A stretch of DNA of 62,713 bases, the filler included. It is 8 parts of 8 records of this genome, joined end to end, with 100 filler letters (N's around TTAATTAATTAA, not from the genome) between each part and the next. Parts side by side here need not be neighbours in the genome. Positions count along the whole stretch, not along the records: positions 1 to 9,213 come from SRR31156797_45067; positions 9,314 to 16,286 come from SRR31156797_45082; 6 more parts are not named here. One strand, written 5' to 3'. This document shows, piece after piece, positions 1-10,041 of the stretch. The notes below the pieces were generated by a model that was not told the origin of the DNA, made no database searches, and saw only the letters and a list, made by a program, of their open reading frames with translations. Position 1 is the first letter of the stretch; each line of letters begins with the position of its first letter. The position numbers were made by a program, and so were the translations under genes.

Positions 1-411
1 GCCCTTGGTGCGGCCGTCGGTGGTCAGGTCCTCGACCATGAGGACGCGCTTGCCGGGTTCCAGGACACCGCCCAGTTGCGCCGCCGGACCGTATCCCTTG
101 GCCTGCTTGCGAACGATGACCAGCGGCAGGTTCAAACGGTCGGCAACCATGGCGGCGAACGGAATGCCGGCCATCTCGCCGCCGGCGATGACGTCGAAGG
201 ATTCATAGCCGACCGTCGCCAGTATCTTGCTGACGGCCAGTTCGATCAGCCGGTTGCGCGCCAGGGGATAGGAAATCAGCCGCTTGACGTCGACATAAAC
301 CGGGCTGGCCCACCCCGAGGAAAAAACGAAAGGCTCGTGGGGGCGAAACAGCACACAGCCCGTATCCAGCAGAATCTGGGCGGTGGTTTCCGCAAGATCG
401 GAATTGCTCAT
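1..411 (-). CDS. pyrE: Orotate phosphoribosyltransferase-like protein (3' end outside window)
   Basis: Not in the ORF track; translated by hand from ATG 411: MSNSDLAETTAQILLDTG...FVFSSGWASPVYVD...AGGEMAGIPFA...RKQAKGYG...RVLMVEDLTTDG (type I PRTase PRPP loop). Start overlaps the upstream stop (ATGA). Confidence 0.85.
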   Translation of the reverse strand, partial: MSNSDLAETTAQILLDTGCVLFRPHEPFVFSSGWASPVYVDVKRLISYPLARNRLIELAVSKILATVGYESFDVIAGGEMAGIPFAAMVADRLNLPLVIVRKQAKGYGPAAQLGGVLEPGKRVLMVEDLTTDGRTKG

Positions 412-1703
412 TTCAAGGCCTCCGGAGCCGTCAGCAGAGACCTGTATAGGGCTTCGGCGCCGAGAAAGAAATCACCCAGATCCATCGCCTCGTGCGGATT
501 GTGCGACCCGTGCTCGTTTCTAACGAAGATCATCGCCGTCGGCACGCCGGCATTGGCAAACACGGCCGCGTCGTGCCCGGCGCCCGACGGTAACCGTTCG
601 AACGGGATGGAGGCGGCCCGGCACGTTTTCGACATGTGATCCAAAAGCGCCGAATCGGTAATCGCCGGTGCGGTCGGATAGGCCGGCCCCAACTCGAACT
701 CGACGCCGCGCGAACGGCCGACGATGTCCATTTCCTCGTTCAGAATATCGCCGAACGATTTCAACATCTCCGGAGACTGGCTGCGGTATTCAAGGCTGAA
801 CCCGATCTCGCCGGGCACCCGGCTTGTCGCGTGTTCGGCCGGATTGGTGCCGACGATACCGAATGTCAGCACCAGATCTTCGCCCTGTTCCATCAAACTG
901 ATCCAATGCTGATCGAGCCGGGTCACCAATTCGGAAAAGGCAAACACGGCGTCGTGCCGGAGCCATCGGGGAACCGCACCGGAATGGGCTGCCTGCCCCC
1001 GGCAGACCGCTTTCGGATGGCGGATATTGCCGCGAATGCCGGTCACCAGGCCGACCGGCACCTTGCGGGCGATCATCACCGGTCCCTGTTCGATGTGCAG
1101 CTCGAAAAAGCACGCCAGTTGGTCGGCATCGATCATCGGCGTCTGCGCCGCGATGGCGTTCACATCGGCGCCGGCTTCGGCCATGTAGTCGCGCAAGGCC
1201 CGCTCCGAATCGCGATGACGCAGATCGAGATCGGCCGGATCGAAAACGCCGAACATGGCACTGGAGCCGACATAGGCCCGGCCGAACCAGGCGCTTTCCT
1301 CGCCTCGTAGAACGTAAAGCCTCAAATCCGAGGACGGAACGATGCCCTCGTTCTTGGTCCTGACCAGCGCCATAAGCCCGGCCAGAACACCGGCCGCGCC
1401 GTCGAAATTGCCGCCCTGCGGAACCGAGTCCACATGCGACCCGCAGGCCACGGCCGGGGCCGATCGGTCCGCACCGGGAAGCGTGATGACGACATTGGCG
1501 GCGCCATCGGTCTCGACCTCCAGGCCTTCGGCCCGGGCCGCGTTTGCAACAATTTCGATGGCTTCGGTTTCCGCCGGGCCGTAGCTCGCGCGCGAAACGC
1601 CGACGCCGTCGAAGCTTCGCTCGCGCAAGGTATCGAACAGACCGGAAATCCAATTCCGAAGTTCGGCGGATGGTTCCGTCGACACGTCGACCTGCGCTTC
1701 CAT
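408..1703 (-). CDS. M20 Zn-dependent amidohydrolase (N-carbamoyl-amino acid / allantoate amidohydrolase family)
   Basis: Motifs GSHVDSVPQGGNFDG, EE, ELHIEQGP, AHSG, SGAGHDA, SHNPHE. Confidence 0.9.
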   Translation of the reverse strand: MEAQVDVSTEPSAELRNWISGLFDTLRERSFDGVGVSRASYGPAETEAIEIVANAARAEGLEVETDGAANVVITLPGADRSAPAVACGSHVDSVPQGGNFDGAAGVLAGLMALVRTKNEGIVPSSDLRLYVLRGEESAWFGRAYVGSSAMFGVFDPADLDLRHRDSERALRDYMAEAGADVNAIAAQTPMIDADQLACFFELHIEQGPVMIARKVPVGLVTGIRGNIRHPKAVCRGQAAHSGAVPRWLRHDAVFAFSELVTRLDQHWISLMEQGEDLVLTFGIVGTNPAEHATSRVPGEIGFSLEYRSQSPEMLKSFGDILNEEMDIVGRSRGVEFELGPAYPTAPAITDSALLDHMSKTCRAASIPFERLPSGAGHDAAVFANAGVPTAMIFVRNEHGSHNPHEAMDLGDFFLGAEALYRSLLTAPEALK

Positions 1704-1786
1704 CGCTTATCCCCTTGCCGGTGCCGTTGGAAACTTTCCTGCGGCCGCGAAAAAAGAGCGGACAATATAGGTGTCGCGGGGCCTTG

Positions 1787-2563
1787 TTAAGCCTTCAATT
1801 TGTAGCCCGTGTGAAACATGCGCCAGCACACGAACCAAAGGAAGGCATCCGTCGCCAGCATAACGGCAATCCCGGTCGCCGGCACGACATCGGAATGCCC
1901 GATGAACCCGTAGCGAAAACCATCGATGGCGTAGAAGAAAGGATTGAAATGGGCGACGGTCTGGAAGAACGCCGGCAGGCGTTCGATGGAATAGAAGGTG
2001 CCGGAAAGAAACGACAACGGTGTGACCACGAAGTTCGTCACGGCGGCGATGTGATCGAACTTCTCGGACCAGATTCCGCCGATCGCTCCCAACAACGACA
2101 GCATGATCGCCGCGGCAACCCCGTGAAACAGGACGTACCCGAGATTGTGCAGGTGAACGTTGACGACAACCGCCATGGCGATGGCCACCACGAATCCGAC
2201 CAGGACGCCCCGTGTCGCCCCGCCCATGGCGATGCCGAAGGTCAGTTCGTGGGCGTTCAACGGCGGCATCAAGGTGTCGACGATGTTGCCCTGAACCTTG
2301 GCGATGACGATGGACGACGAAGTGTTGGCGAAGGCGTTCTGAAGGATCGCCATCATGATCAGGCCGGGGGCCAGAAACTCGATAAAGGGCACGCCGGCAA
2401 CCGCACCCCGTCCCCGGCCGATAGCAAGGGCGAAAACCGCAAGGAACAGGAGCGTCGTTACCACCGGTGCGATGATGGTTTGCGTGTAAACCTTGATGAA
2501 TCGCCGGACCTCGCGCCCATAAAGCGTGCGAAGTCCGATCCAGTTGGCCGTCATCGGTTGCAT
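1787..2563 (-). CDS. ABC-2 type transporter permease (YadH-like)
   Basis: About 6 TM segments; FLAPGLIMM, PLSFLSGTFY, NPFFYAIDGFRYGF. Confidence 0.88.
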   Translation of the reverse strand: MQPMTANWIGLRTLYGREVRRFIKVYTQTIIAPVVTTLLFLAVFALAIGRGRGAVAGVPFIEFLAPGLIMMAILQNAFANTSSSIVIAKVQGNIVDTLMPPLNAHELTFGIAMGGATRGVLVGFVVAIAMAVVVNVHLHNLGYVLFHGVAAAIMLSLLGAIGGIWSEKFDHIAAVTNFVVTPLSFLSGTFYSIERLPAFFQTVAHFNPFFYAIDGFRYGFIGHSDVVPATGIAVMLATDAFLWFVCWRMFHTGYKLKA

Positions 2564-2958
2564 GGCATATTCCGTTTAGTGTCTTTCGCGCGGCCCCGTT
2601 ATATGCCGCCTCAACATGGCGGCAAAGGGAACAATTGGCTTTCGGCAATGCCCGACACTATCCACAAGTCGCAACCCGGCGCCAAGGCGGGTCACATATG
2701 TTTCAAGATTCTGCGATCTCGCTGACATGAAGAGGAAATAGGGTCTTACTTAGGAACGGTGGGGTTCCAGGGAATTTCTTTCGGCGTTGTGTTCCGCGGC
2801 GGTTCAGGAAATCGCTTGTCCGATTTGGCTTCGCGCGTGAACCGATGCCATGAACAGGTTACTCTGCCAAGGCTCGAAAAACGGGCCTGATCCCTGAAAG
2901 AGCGCATGCTTCGGCATGCGCTCTTTTTTTTGTCCGTGGCCTGCTATGATGGGTATCG

Positions 2959-3552
2959 ATGCTGGAATCAGACGAATCAAAAACACCCCGCAAACGACGC
3001 GGCCCCCGCAAGGCAACGGCCAAATCGCTGGAAAACGCGGCCTTCTTTTATCTGGAGCGCTTCGCCACCTCGCGGGAGAACCTGCGGCGCGTTCTGGCGC
3101 GCCGGGTCGAACGTTCGGTCCGTCACCACGGCACCGACCGGGACGAAGGGTTGGAACATATTGACGGCGTTCTCGACAAGGTCGAACACCTCGGTCTGAT
3201 CGACGACCGGGCCTACGCCGAAATGCGCGTCCGCGGCCTTCGCCGGCGCGGCGCCTCGGCCCGCATGATCCGGGCGCAATTGCGGCAGAAAGGGGTCGAT
3301 GGCGACGTGATCGATGCGGCCCTCGACGAACAGGAAGAAGAAGCCGGCACGAACGCCGAACACGCCGCCGCATTCACGCTGGCGCGGAAGCGGCGCATCG
3401 GTCCATTCCGGCCGGAAGAATCCCGCCAATCCAGTCGCGAGAAGGACCTGGCTCTGCTGGCCCGGGCCGGCTTTTCCTACGATGTCGCGTTGTCGGTGAT
3501 CGATGCCGAAGATTCCGACGATCCAACGTCCGGTTGGGACCCGCACGTTTAA
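2959..3552 (+). CDS. recX: RecA regulator RecX
   Basis: YLERF..S..LRRVL, LGLIDDRAYA, G.S...IRAQLRQKGV, LARAGFSYD. Confidence 0.85.
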   Translation: MLESDESKTPRKRRGPRKATAKSLENAAFFYLERFATSRENLRRVLARRVERSVRHHGTDRDEGLEHIDGVLDKVEHLGLIDDRAYAEMRVRGLRRRGASARMIRAQLRQKGVDGDVIDAALDEQEEEAGTNAEHAAAFTLARKRRIGPFRPEESRQSSREKDLALLARAGFSYDVALSVIDAEDSDDPTSGWDPHV

Positions 3553-3557
3553 CCCGG

Positions 3558-3920
3558 CTATTGGACCAGGTGCTCGACAAGGTCGCCGTAGGCCCATATC
3601 ACCGTACCGACGACCATCATGCGGATTCCAAACTTGGCGGACAGAACATCGAGAACCGTCTGCCGGCGGTCTTCGATCGACGGCGGCACGGGATGTTGTT
3701 GCGGATCACCGTCTTCCGCCAATTCCTCCCTGATCAACTGCTTCGGCTCTTTGCGCATGATTTCGCGGGCGCTCAAAACGGCACCGCACAGGACCAGCAT
3801 GGCGCCGGAGCGTTGGAACCAGTGCCACTCTCCGGTCAGGAAGCTTAGCGTTGCGGACGCAAGAGCAATCGCCAAACCGAAGAAGCCGATCAGTCGCGGG
3901 GTCAGATACTCTTTATCCAT
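3558..3920 (-). CDS. Hypothetical small membrane protein
   Basis: 120 aa with 3 hydrophobic segments; co-oriented just downstream of the MscS gene. Confidence 0.65.
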   Translation of the reverse strand: MDKEYLTPRLIGFFGLAIALASATLSFLTGEWHWFQRSGAMLVLCGAVLSAREIMRKEPKQLIREELAEDGDPQQHPVPPSIEDRRQTVLDVLSAKFGIRMMVVGTVIWAYGDLVEHLVQ

Positions 3921-3949
3921 GACGGTTCACGTTCGGCCATCGGCAGTTC

Positions 3950-6274
3950 TTATGTTTCACCCTCGGTCGGAAGGTCGACGGGAACGGAGGGGGCCTGGTT
4001 TTCCGAATCGGAATCCGGTTTTTTTTCCGCCTTCGGCTTTTTCGGGCGAGGCTTTTTCGCCATTTCGGTTTTGACGATTGCCGGCGGCGCCGTGCCGTCC
4101 TTGTCGACGCCAAAATACAGCGTCTGATGCGGGAACGGGATCTCGATCCCCAATTCGTCGAAACGGTTTTTCATCCGCCTGGTGAATTCGCGCCGGACGG
4201 CCCATTGCTTGATGGGCACGGTCTTGAACCGGCATTTGATGACGACGGCGGAATCCGCCAGCGCATCGACCCCCAGCATTTCCAGCGGTTCCAAAATCAG
4301 CGGGCCGAACTCTTCGTCCTCCTGCAACTCGGCCCCAAGCTCTTGAAGAACCACCATCACATCGTCGACCGATTCGCGATAGGCAACCCCCGCCTCGATC
4401 ACCGCCATCGAGAATTCCTTCGTCATGTTGGTGACGGTATCGACGGAACTGAACGGGATGGTGTGCACATTGCCCGATAGATCGCGCATGCGGATGGACC
4501 GGATGGAAAGGCGTTCGACGACGCCGGAAATGCCGCCGGCCGTCACCACGTCGCCAACCGACATGGTGTCCTCGAACAGGATGAAAACGCCAGTAATGAC
4601 GTCCTGCACCAGTTTCTGCGATCCAAACCCGACCGCCAGGCCGACGACACCGGCGCCGGCAAGCAGCGGCCCGATGTTGATGCCGAATTCGGAAAGCACG
4701 ATCAGTGTCACCATGACGATCAGAACGACCAGAACCGCATTTCGAAAAAGCGGCAGCAACGTTCGCGCCCGGGCCCCGCGTTCGACCAGATTGCCCTCGG
4801 TATCGGTTTGCGAGAGGTATCTCTCGATGGCGGTACTGACGCCTTCCCAAAACACCAGCGCGGCAATCGCCACAATGCCGATGCTGAAGCCGCTCCCGAT
4901 CACCCGTTGGCCGGCGGGCGATCCCAAGGCGCCAAGGATGTCGATGCCCCAGGTCTGCAATATGGAGATGCCGACAATCGCAAAAAGCACGCTGCGCAGT
5001 GTCAGGTGAATCACCGGAACATACCGATTGACGCGGGTCTCCAGCGTCGGAAACTTCTCCCGGAGATCGGCCCGTACGGCGAAACCCCGCTCGACGGCCC
5101 GGCGCAAACCGGCCGAAACAAGCTTGGCCGCGGCAAAGATGATGACGGTCACGACGGTGGAGCGGAAAAGATAGGCGAAGCCACCCTCGAAATCGAAAGC
5201 CCAAACCAGATAGGCGGCAACCACATAGACGATCGCCAGGACATGCCAGACATCGCTTAACCAGCGAACCGCACGGGCGCTGCGGTCGCGGGCATCCCGA
5301 CCACGCAAAAAAGCGTTCTGGGCCCAGAGGCTGACCTGCATCCGGTTCTGAAGAATGAAAACGATCAGCATGGTCGCAATCAAAAGACTGACCAAACGCA
5401 TGAGGCCGGCCCGGCCGTCCGACGGGAGACCGAGGAAATAGGCGGCCTCGGCCAGGAAATACCCGTATACCCCGACCGAAATCAGGCGCCGCGACCAGAT
5501 GAACAGATAGTTTGCCACCACGCCCGAAAGCGGCAGGACCCGAAGGCTCGGCACCGCCGGCACCAGCAGCATTCGCATCAGAATGAACAAGGCCCTGGCC
5601 AAAAGAAACGCCTGCAGGAACGTGACCACCATGACCTGGGCCTTGGCGCCGGGATTGACCAGCGGCAGGGTGGCGTAGGCGGCAACCGCGAACGCCACCA
5701 CCGGCAACACATCGAGGAATGTCCGGGCCAGAAGGAACGGCAGCCGGGTCCAGATGCCGGTCGTTTCACGCGATTCAATAGCCCGGAGCGGACGCGACAA
5801 TACCAACCGCCCTAGCCGCTCGGCCACCCACCCGACAAGGATGATGACGGCCAATTTGAGAAGCGCGATCAACCATGCATTGCGCGAAGCCGAATCGGTT
5901 GCCTGCGATTTGATCCAGTCGATCAGAATGGGAACGTCGGTAAAACGATCCGTCGTCGCGACAATTTGCCGGCTGGCCGAAGCCGCGGTTTCGGACAGCT
6001 TGGTTATCAGCCGCGGCCCGAAACTTTGCCGCACTTCTTCATCGCCGGTTCCACGATTAACTGCAATCAGTGCCTTGATATTGGCAAGGAATTCGTTTCG
6101 TTTGGTCTCGTCTTCGATGGTCGCGGCCAAGGCCTCCAGTTCTTCGGTGGCGACGGATTGGGCATGCGCGCCCGAAACGAAATCGCTTGCAAGGGTCAGC
6201 GCAACCAGCATCAGGCCGACGGCGATCGACACCGCCCGCAGTGGAATTCCAAGTCTTTCCTTCAGTCCCCTCAT
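3950..6274 (-). CDS. Large MscS-family mechanosensitive channel (YbiO-like)
   Basis: Many TM helices; LLAGAGVVGLAVGFGSQKLVQDVITG, G.VE.LSIRS, IEIPFPHQ. Confidence 0.9.
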   Translation of the reverse strand: MRGLKERLGIPLRAVSIAVGLMLVALTLASDFVSGAHAQSVATEELEALAATIEDETKRNEFLANIKALIAVNRGTGDEEVRQSFGPRLITKLSETAASASRQIVATTDRFTDVPILIDWIKSQATDSASRNAWLIALLKLAVIILVGWVAERLGRLVLSRPLRAIESRETTGIWTRLPFLLARTFLDVLPVVAFAVAAYATLPLVNPGAKAQVMVVTFLQAFLLARALFILMRMLLVPAVPSLRVLPLSGVVANYLFIWSRRLISVGVYGYFLAEAAYFLGLPSDGRAGLMRLVSLLIATMLIVFILQNRMQVSLWAQNAFLRGRDARDRSARAVRWLSDVWHVLAIVYVVAAYLVWAFDFEGGFAYLFRSTVVTVIIFAAAKLVSAGLRRAVERGFAVRADLREKFPTLETRVNRYVPVIHLTLRSVLFAIVGISILQTWGIDILGALGSPAGQRVIGSGFSIGIVAIAALVFWEGVSTAIERYLSQTDTEGNLVERGARARTLLPLFRNAVLVVLIVMVTLIVLSEFGINIGPLLAGAGVVGLAVGFGSQKLVQDVITGVFILFEDTMSVGDVVTAGGISGVVERLSIRSIRMRDLSGNVHTIPFSSVDTVTNMTKEFSMAVIEAGVAYRESVDDVMVVLQELGAELQEDEEFGPLILEPLEMLGVDALADSAVVIKCRFKTVPIKQWAVRREFTRRMKNRFDELGIEIPFPHQTLYFGVDKDGTAPPAIVKTEMAKKPRPKKPKAEKKPDSDSENQAPSVPVDLPTEGET

Positions 6275-6386
6275 AGCCGGCGAGATTACCTGCCTTGTCC
6301 GCCCCTGTCACATCTTTTGCTGAGGCCCGGAAACCGTTAAAACCCGACTACGGAAGCGAAACGGAAACAGAGCAAAGGGCCGCCCC

Positions 6387-6728
6387 ATGTCGGTGACCAT
6401 CTATCACAATCCGCGCTGCAGCAAATCCCGTCAAACGCTTGGCCTGATTCGGGACCAAGGCATCGAACCCGACGTGATCGAATACCTGAACGAACCGCCA
6501 AGTGCGGAAGAACTGAAACGAATTCTGGCGCTATTGGGAAAAGGGCCGCGCGACATACTTCGGTCCAAAGAAGCAAAGTCGGCCGGCCTCGACGATCCCG
6601 CCCTTTCCGACGATGAATTGATCGCCGCAATGGTTGCCAATCCGGTGATCATCGAAAGGCCGATTGTGGTTTCAGAGGATCGCGCCGCTCTTGGCCGGCC
6701 GCCGGAAGACGTGCTGGACATCCTCTAG
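6387..6728 (+). CDS. arsC: Arsenate reductase, glutaredoxin-type ArsC family
   Basis: IYHNPRCSKSR, IERPIV, LGRPPE. Confidence 0.9.
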   Translation: MSVTIYHNPRCSKSRQTLGLIRDQGIEPDVIEYLNEPPSAEELKRILALLGKGPRDILRSKEAKSAGLDDPALSDDELIAAMVANPVIIERPIVVSEDRAALGRPPEDVLDIL

Positions 6729-6744
6729 GGTCAGGACCCTGGGT

Positions 6745-6773
6745 AAAAAAAAGGGGCCCCGATACGGGGCCCC
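6745..6773 (-). terminator. Intrinsic terminator downstream of amtB
   Basis: GGGGCCCC-gatac-GGGGCCCC stem, followed by an 8-nt T tract on the minus strand. Confidence 0.75.
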
Positions 6774-6867
6774 CAGTCTCTGTCAGGGATACAGGGAGGA
6801 AATTCTGTTCTGGACATCGGGAGAGCGAGGTCAGGAGGGATCCCCACTCTCCCGTGCCAGCACTGAC

Positions 6868-8163
6868 TTAGTGCACCACCTCACCGTGGAGGTGAATGTC
6901 CAGGCCTTCGATCTCGACTTCCTTCGAGACCCGCAGGCCGATAACCGCATCGATAATCTTCAGCAGGATGAACGAAGCGACGCCGCTGTAGACGACGGTG
7001 GCGACGATCCCTTCGATCTGTATCAGCACCTGCCCCGGATTGCCTTCCAGCATGCCGGGGGTTCCGCCAATGGCCTCAACCGCGAAGACACCGGTCAGAA
7101 TGGCGCCGACGATGCCGCCGATGCCATGCACACCGAAGGCGTCCAGCGAGTCGTCGTAACCGGCCATCTTCTTGAGTGACGTGGCACCCCAGAAACAAGC
7201 GACACCGGCAATCAAACCGATGATCAGGGCACCGGTCGGCCCGACAAACCCGGACGCCGGCGTGATCGCGACCAACCCGCTGACCGCACCGGAAACGACG
7301 CCCAGCACGCTCGGCTTCTTGCGAACCAGCCACTCGACGAACATCCACGAAAGCGCGGCTGCGGCGGTGGCAATCTGGGTCGCGGCCATGGCCATGCCCG
7401 CGGCACCATCGGCAGCGACGGCGGAGCCGGCATTGAACCCGAACCAGCCAACCCACAGGAGCGAGGCACCGATAACCGAAAGCGTCAGGTTGTGCGGGGC
7501 CATGTTTTCCGTGCCGAAGCCGGACCGCTTGCCGAGCACGATGGCGGCGACAAGACCGGCCACGCCCGCGTTGATATGCACGACGGTGCCACCGGCGAAG
7601 TCGAGGACTCCGTCATCGCCCAGGAACCCGCCGCCCCAGACCCAATGGCAGATTGGCGCGTAAACGATCACCATCCAAAGCCCCAGGAACCAAAGCGTCG
7701 CCGAGAACTTCATGCGATCGGCAAAGGCACCGGTAATCAGGGCCGGCGTGATGATCGCGAACGTCATCTGGAAGGTCATGAAGACGGATTCCGGAATGGT
7801 TCCGGAAAGGGTATCGGCTTCCATGCCGGCCAAGAAGGCCCGGCCGAACCCACCGTAGAAACTATTCAGGCCGCCGCCGTCACCAAAGGCAAAACTATAT
7901 CCGACGATCATCCACAATACGGTCATCAAGGCCGCCACGGCAAAACTCTGCATGGCGGTCGCAAGAACGTTTTTCTTGCGGACCATGCCGCCGTAAAACA
8001 TCGCCAATCCGGGGATCGTCATCATCAGGACAAGTGCCGTCGATGTCAGCATCCAGGCGGTATCGCCGGCGCTCAATTCGTCGGCAAGGGCCGGCGCACT
8101 GACGCCGACAATGCCGAGCACGGCAAGCCCGCCGGCGTTAATAACTCTGTTTATTTTCGACAT
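6868..8163 (-). CDS. amtB: Ammonium transporter AmtB
   Basis: FQMTFAIITPALITG, DFAGGTVVH, LWVGWFGFNAGS, DDSLDAFGVHG. Confidence 0.97.
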   Translation of the reverse strand: MSKINRVINAGGLAVLGIVGVSAPALADELSAGDTAWMLTSTALVLMMTIPGLAMFYGGMVRKKNVLATAMQSFAVAALMTVLWMIVGYSFAFGDGGGLNSFYGGFGRAFLAGMEADTLSGTIPESVFMTFQMTFAIITPALITGAFADRMKFSATLWFLGLWMVIVYAPICHWVWGGGFLGDDGVLDFAGGTVVHINAGVAGLVAAIVLGKRSGFGTENMAPHNLTLSVIGASLLWVGWFGFNAGSAVAADGAAGMAMAATQIATAAAALSWMFVEWLVRKKPSVLGVVSGAVSGLVAITPASGFVGPTGALIIGLIAGVACFWGATSLKKMAGYDDSLDAFGVHGIGGIVGAILTGVFAVEAIGGTPGMLEGNPGQVLIQIEGIVATVVYSGVASFILLKIIDAVIGLRVSKEVEIEGLDIHLHGEVVH

Positions 8164-8175
8164 TCCGAAATCTCC

Positions 8176-8640
<465 letters not shown>

Positions 8641-8655
8641 TCAAGAACCGTGCCG
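8641..8655 (-). promoter_or_regulatory. Probable sigma54 (-24/-12) promoter of glnK-amtB
   Basis: Minus strand reads CGGCACGGTTCTTGA versus consensus TGGCACG-N4-TTGC (the -12 element is GA, not GC). Confidence 0.6.
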
Positions 8656-8744
8656 TTTTCGTGAAAAGAAGAAAAAAATGTTTAATATCAATCTGATATA
8701 GTACCGGCTTGCGCTCAACCGCGGGAGATCCCATCTCCTCAATA

Positions 8745-8790
8745 TGCCTTAATTTTAGCCACAAAATAATCAATGCCTATTTTTTTTGCA
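8745..8790. promoter_or_regulatory. Pair of NtrC-like binding sites
   Basis: TGCCTTAATTTTAGCCA (8745-8761) and TGCCTATTTTTTTTGCA (8774-8790) resemble the 17-bp TGC-N11-GCA pattern; about 90-135 bp upstream of the sigma54 motif. Confidence 0.6.
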
Positions 8791-9045
8791 TTTTTATTGC
8801 GCAGGCATGCGCCGATATGGAAAGGTCGGGCCGCCGCGCACGGGGACGAAAAACATGTTCGCTTGCAGTTGTGTCAACAATCTCAATAAATTCTTGTTTT
8901 TACATGATTTTTTCGTCAAAAATGGAACCGGCAGCTTCAAAAAGGACCGAACCGTTTGTCCGGCTCCTTTTTGTGGTCGGTAATGAACCACACAAATCCC
9001 GCCAGGCGTGGCGGACCGAGAGTCAACTGCCAAAAGGAGACGCGC

Positions 9046-9213
9046 ATGACCGCAACCTCCCAACTTACGCCGCTGGACAAAGAACGTTACGACGCAGTTC
9101 TTTTCGACCTAGATGGCGTAATCACAGCGACAAACAAGAACCATTTCGCCGCCTGGAAACAGTTATTCGATTCCTATCTCAAGAAAGTCTCCGAACGCGA
9201 TCGAACCCCCTTC
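9046..9213 (+). CDS. HAD-family hydrolase, beta-phosphoglucomutase-like (3' truncated)
   Basis: AGGAG RBS; YDAVLFDLDGVIT (HAD motif I), HFAAWKQLFD. Confidence 0.8.
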
Positions 9214-9313
9214 NNNNNNNNNNNNNNNNNNNNNNNNNNNNNNNNNNNNNNNNNNNNTTAATTAATTAANNNNNNNNNNNNNNNNNNNNNNNNNNNNNNN
9301 NNNNNNNNNNNNN
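9214..9313. other. Artificial contig-joining spacer
   Basis: N44-TTAATTAATTAA-N44; GC content shifts sharply across it. Confidence 0.98.
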
Positions 9314-9904
9314 CTGCATATCGCCATATTCAATACCATTGTGCACCATTTTTACAAAGTGTCCGGCACCATCCTGCCCCACCCAATCGCAGCAAGGCAC
9401 ATCATTCTCTACTTTGGCAGAAATATTCTGGAAAATATCTTTGATAAAAGGCCATGCTTTGTCCGATCCTCCCGGCATCAACGATGGTCCGGTTAAAGCA
9501 CCTTCTTCACCACCCGAAACTCCTGAACCTACATAAAGCAATCCTTTTTCTTCTACATATTTAGTACGACGAATAGAATCCGGATAATGAGAATTTCCTC
9601 CATCGATAATGATATCACCTTCTTCCAGGTGAGGAATAATCTGATCAATCAAGGCATCGACAGCACCTCCGGCTTTAACCAGCATCATTACCTTACGAGG
9701 ACGTTCTAATGAAGCTACTAACTCCTCAATAGAATGTGTTCCTATAAAGTTTTTACCTGCACCACGACCGTTAACAAACTTGTCTACTTTTTCGGTTGTT
9801 CTATTATAAACAGCTACGGTGTAGCCTTTACTTTCCATATTCAGAACCAGGTTTTCGCCCATTACCGCTAAACCTATCAATCCTATATCTGCTTTTTTAT
9901 TCAT
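9314..9904 (-). CDS. gnd: 6-phosphogluconate dehydrogenase, decarboxylating (3' truncated)
   Basis: IGLIGLAVMGENL, IIDGGNS, GVSGGEEGA, GHFVKMVHNGIEYGDMQ. Confidence 0.97.
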
Positions 9905-10041
9905 CGCTTAATTTATTTTTCTATGGTCAGATGTAACGGTATATAAATTCTGTTGGAAATTGAATTTACCAGTCCGTTTCATGCTATTTGTTTATTCTTG
10001 TCAATTTCAAAGTTAATATGAAAATATGATCAATTCATTTT

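Noticed and set aside
6387..6728. arsC as an arsenic-resistance island
   Set aside because: No arsR, arsB or acr3 and no mobility genes nearby; stand-alone ArsC-family genes are common.
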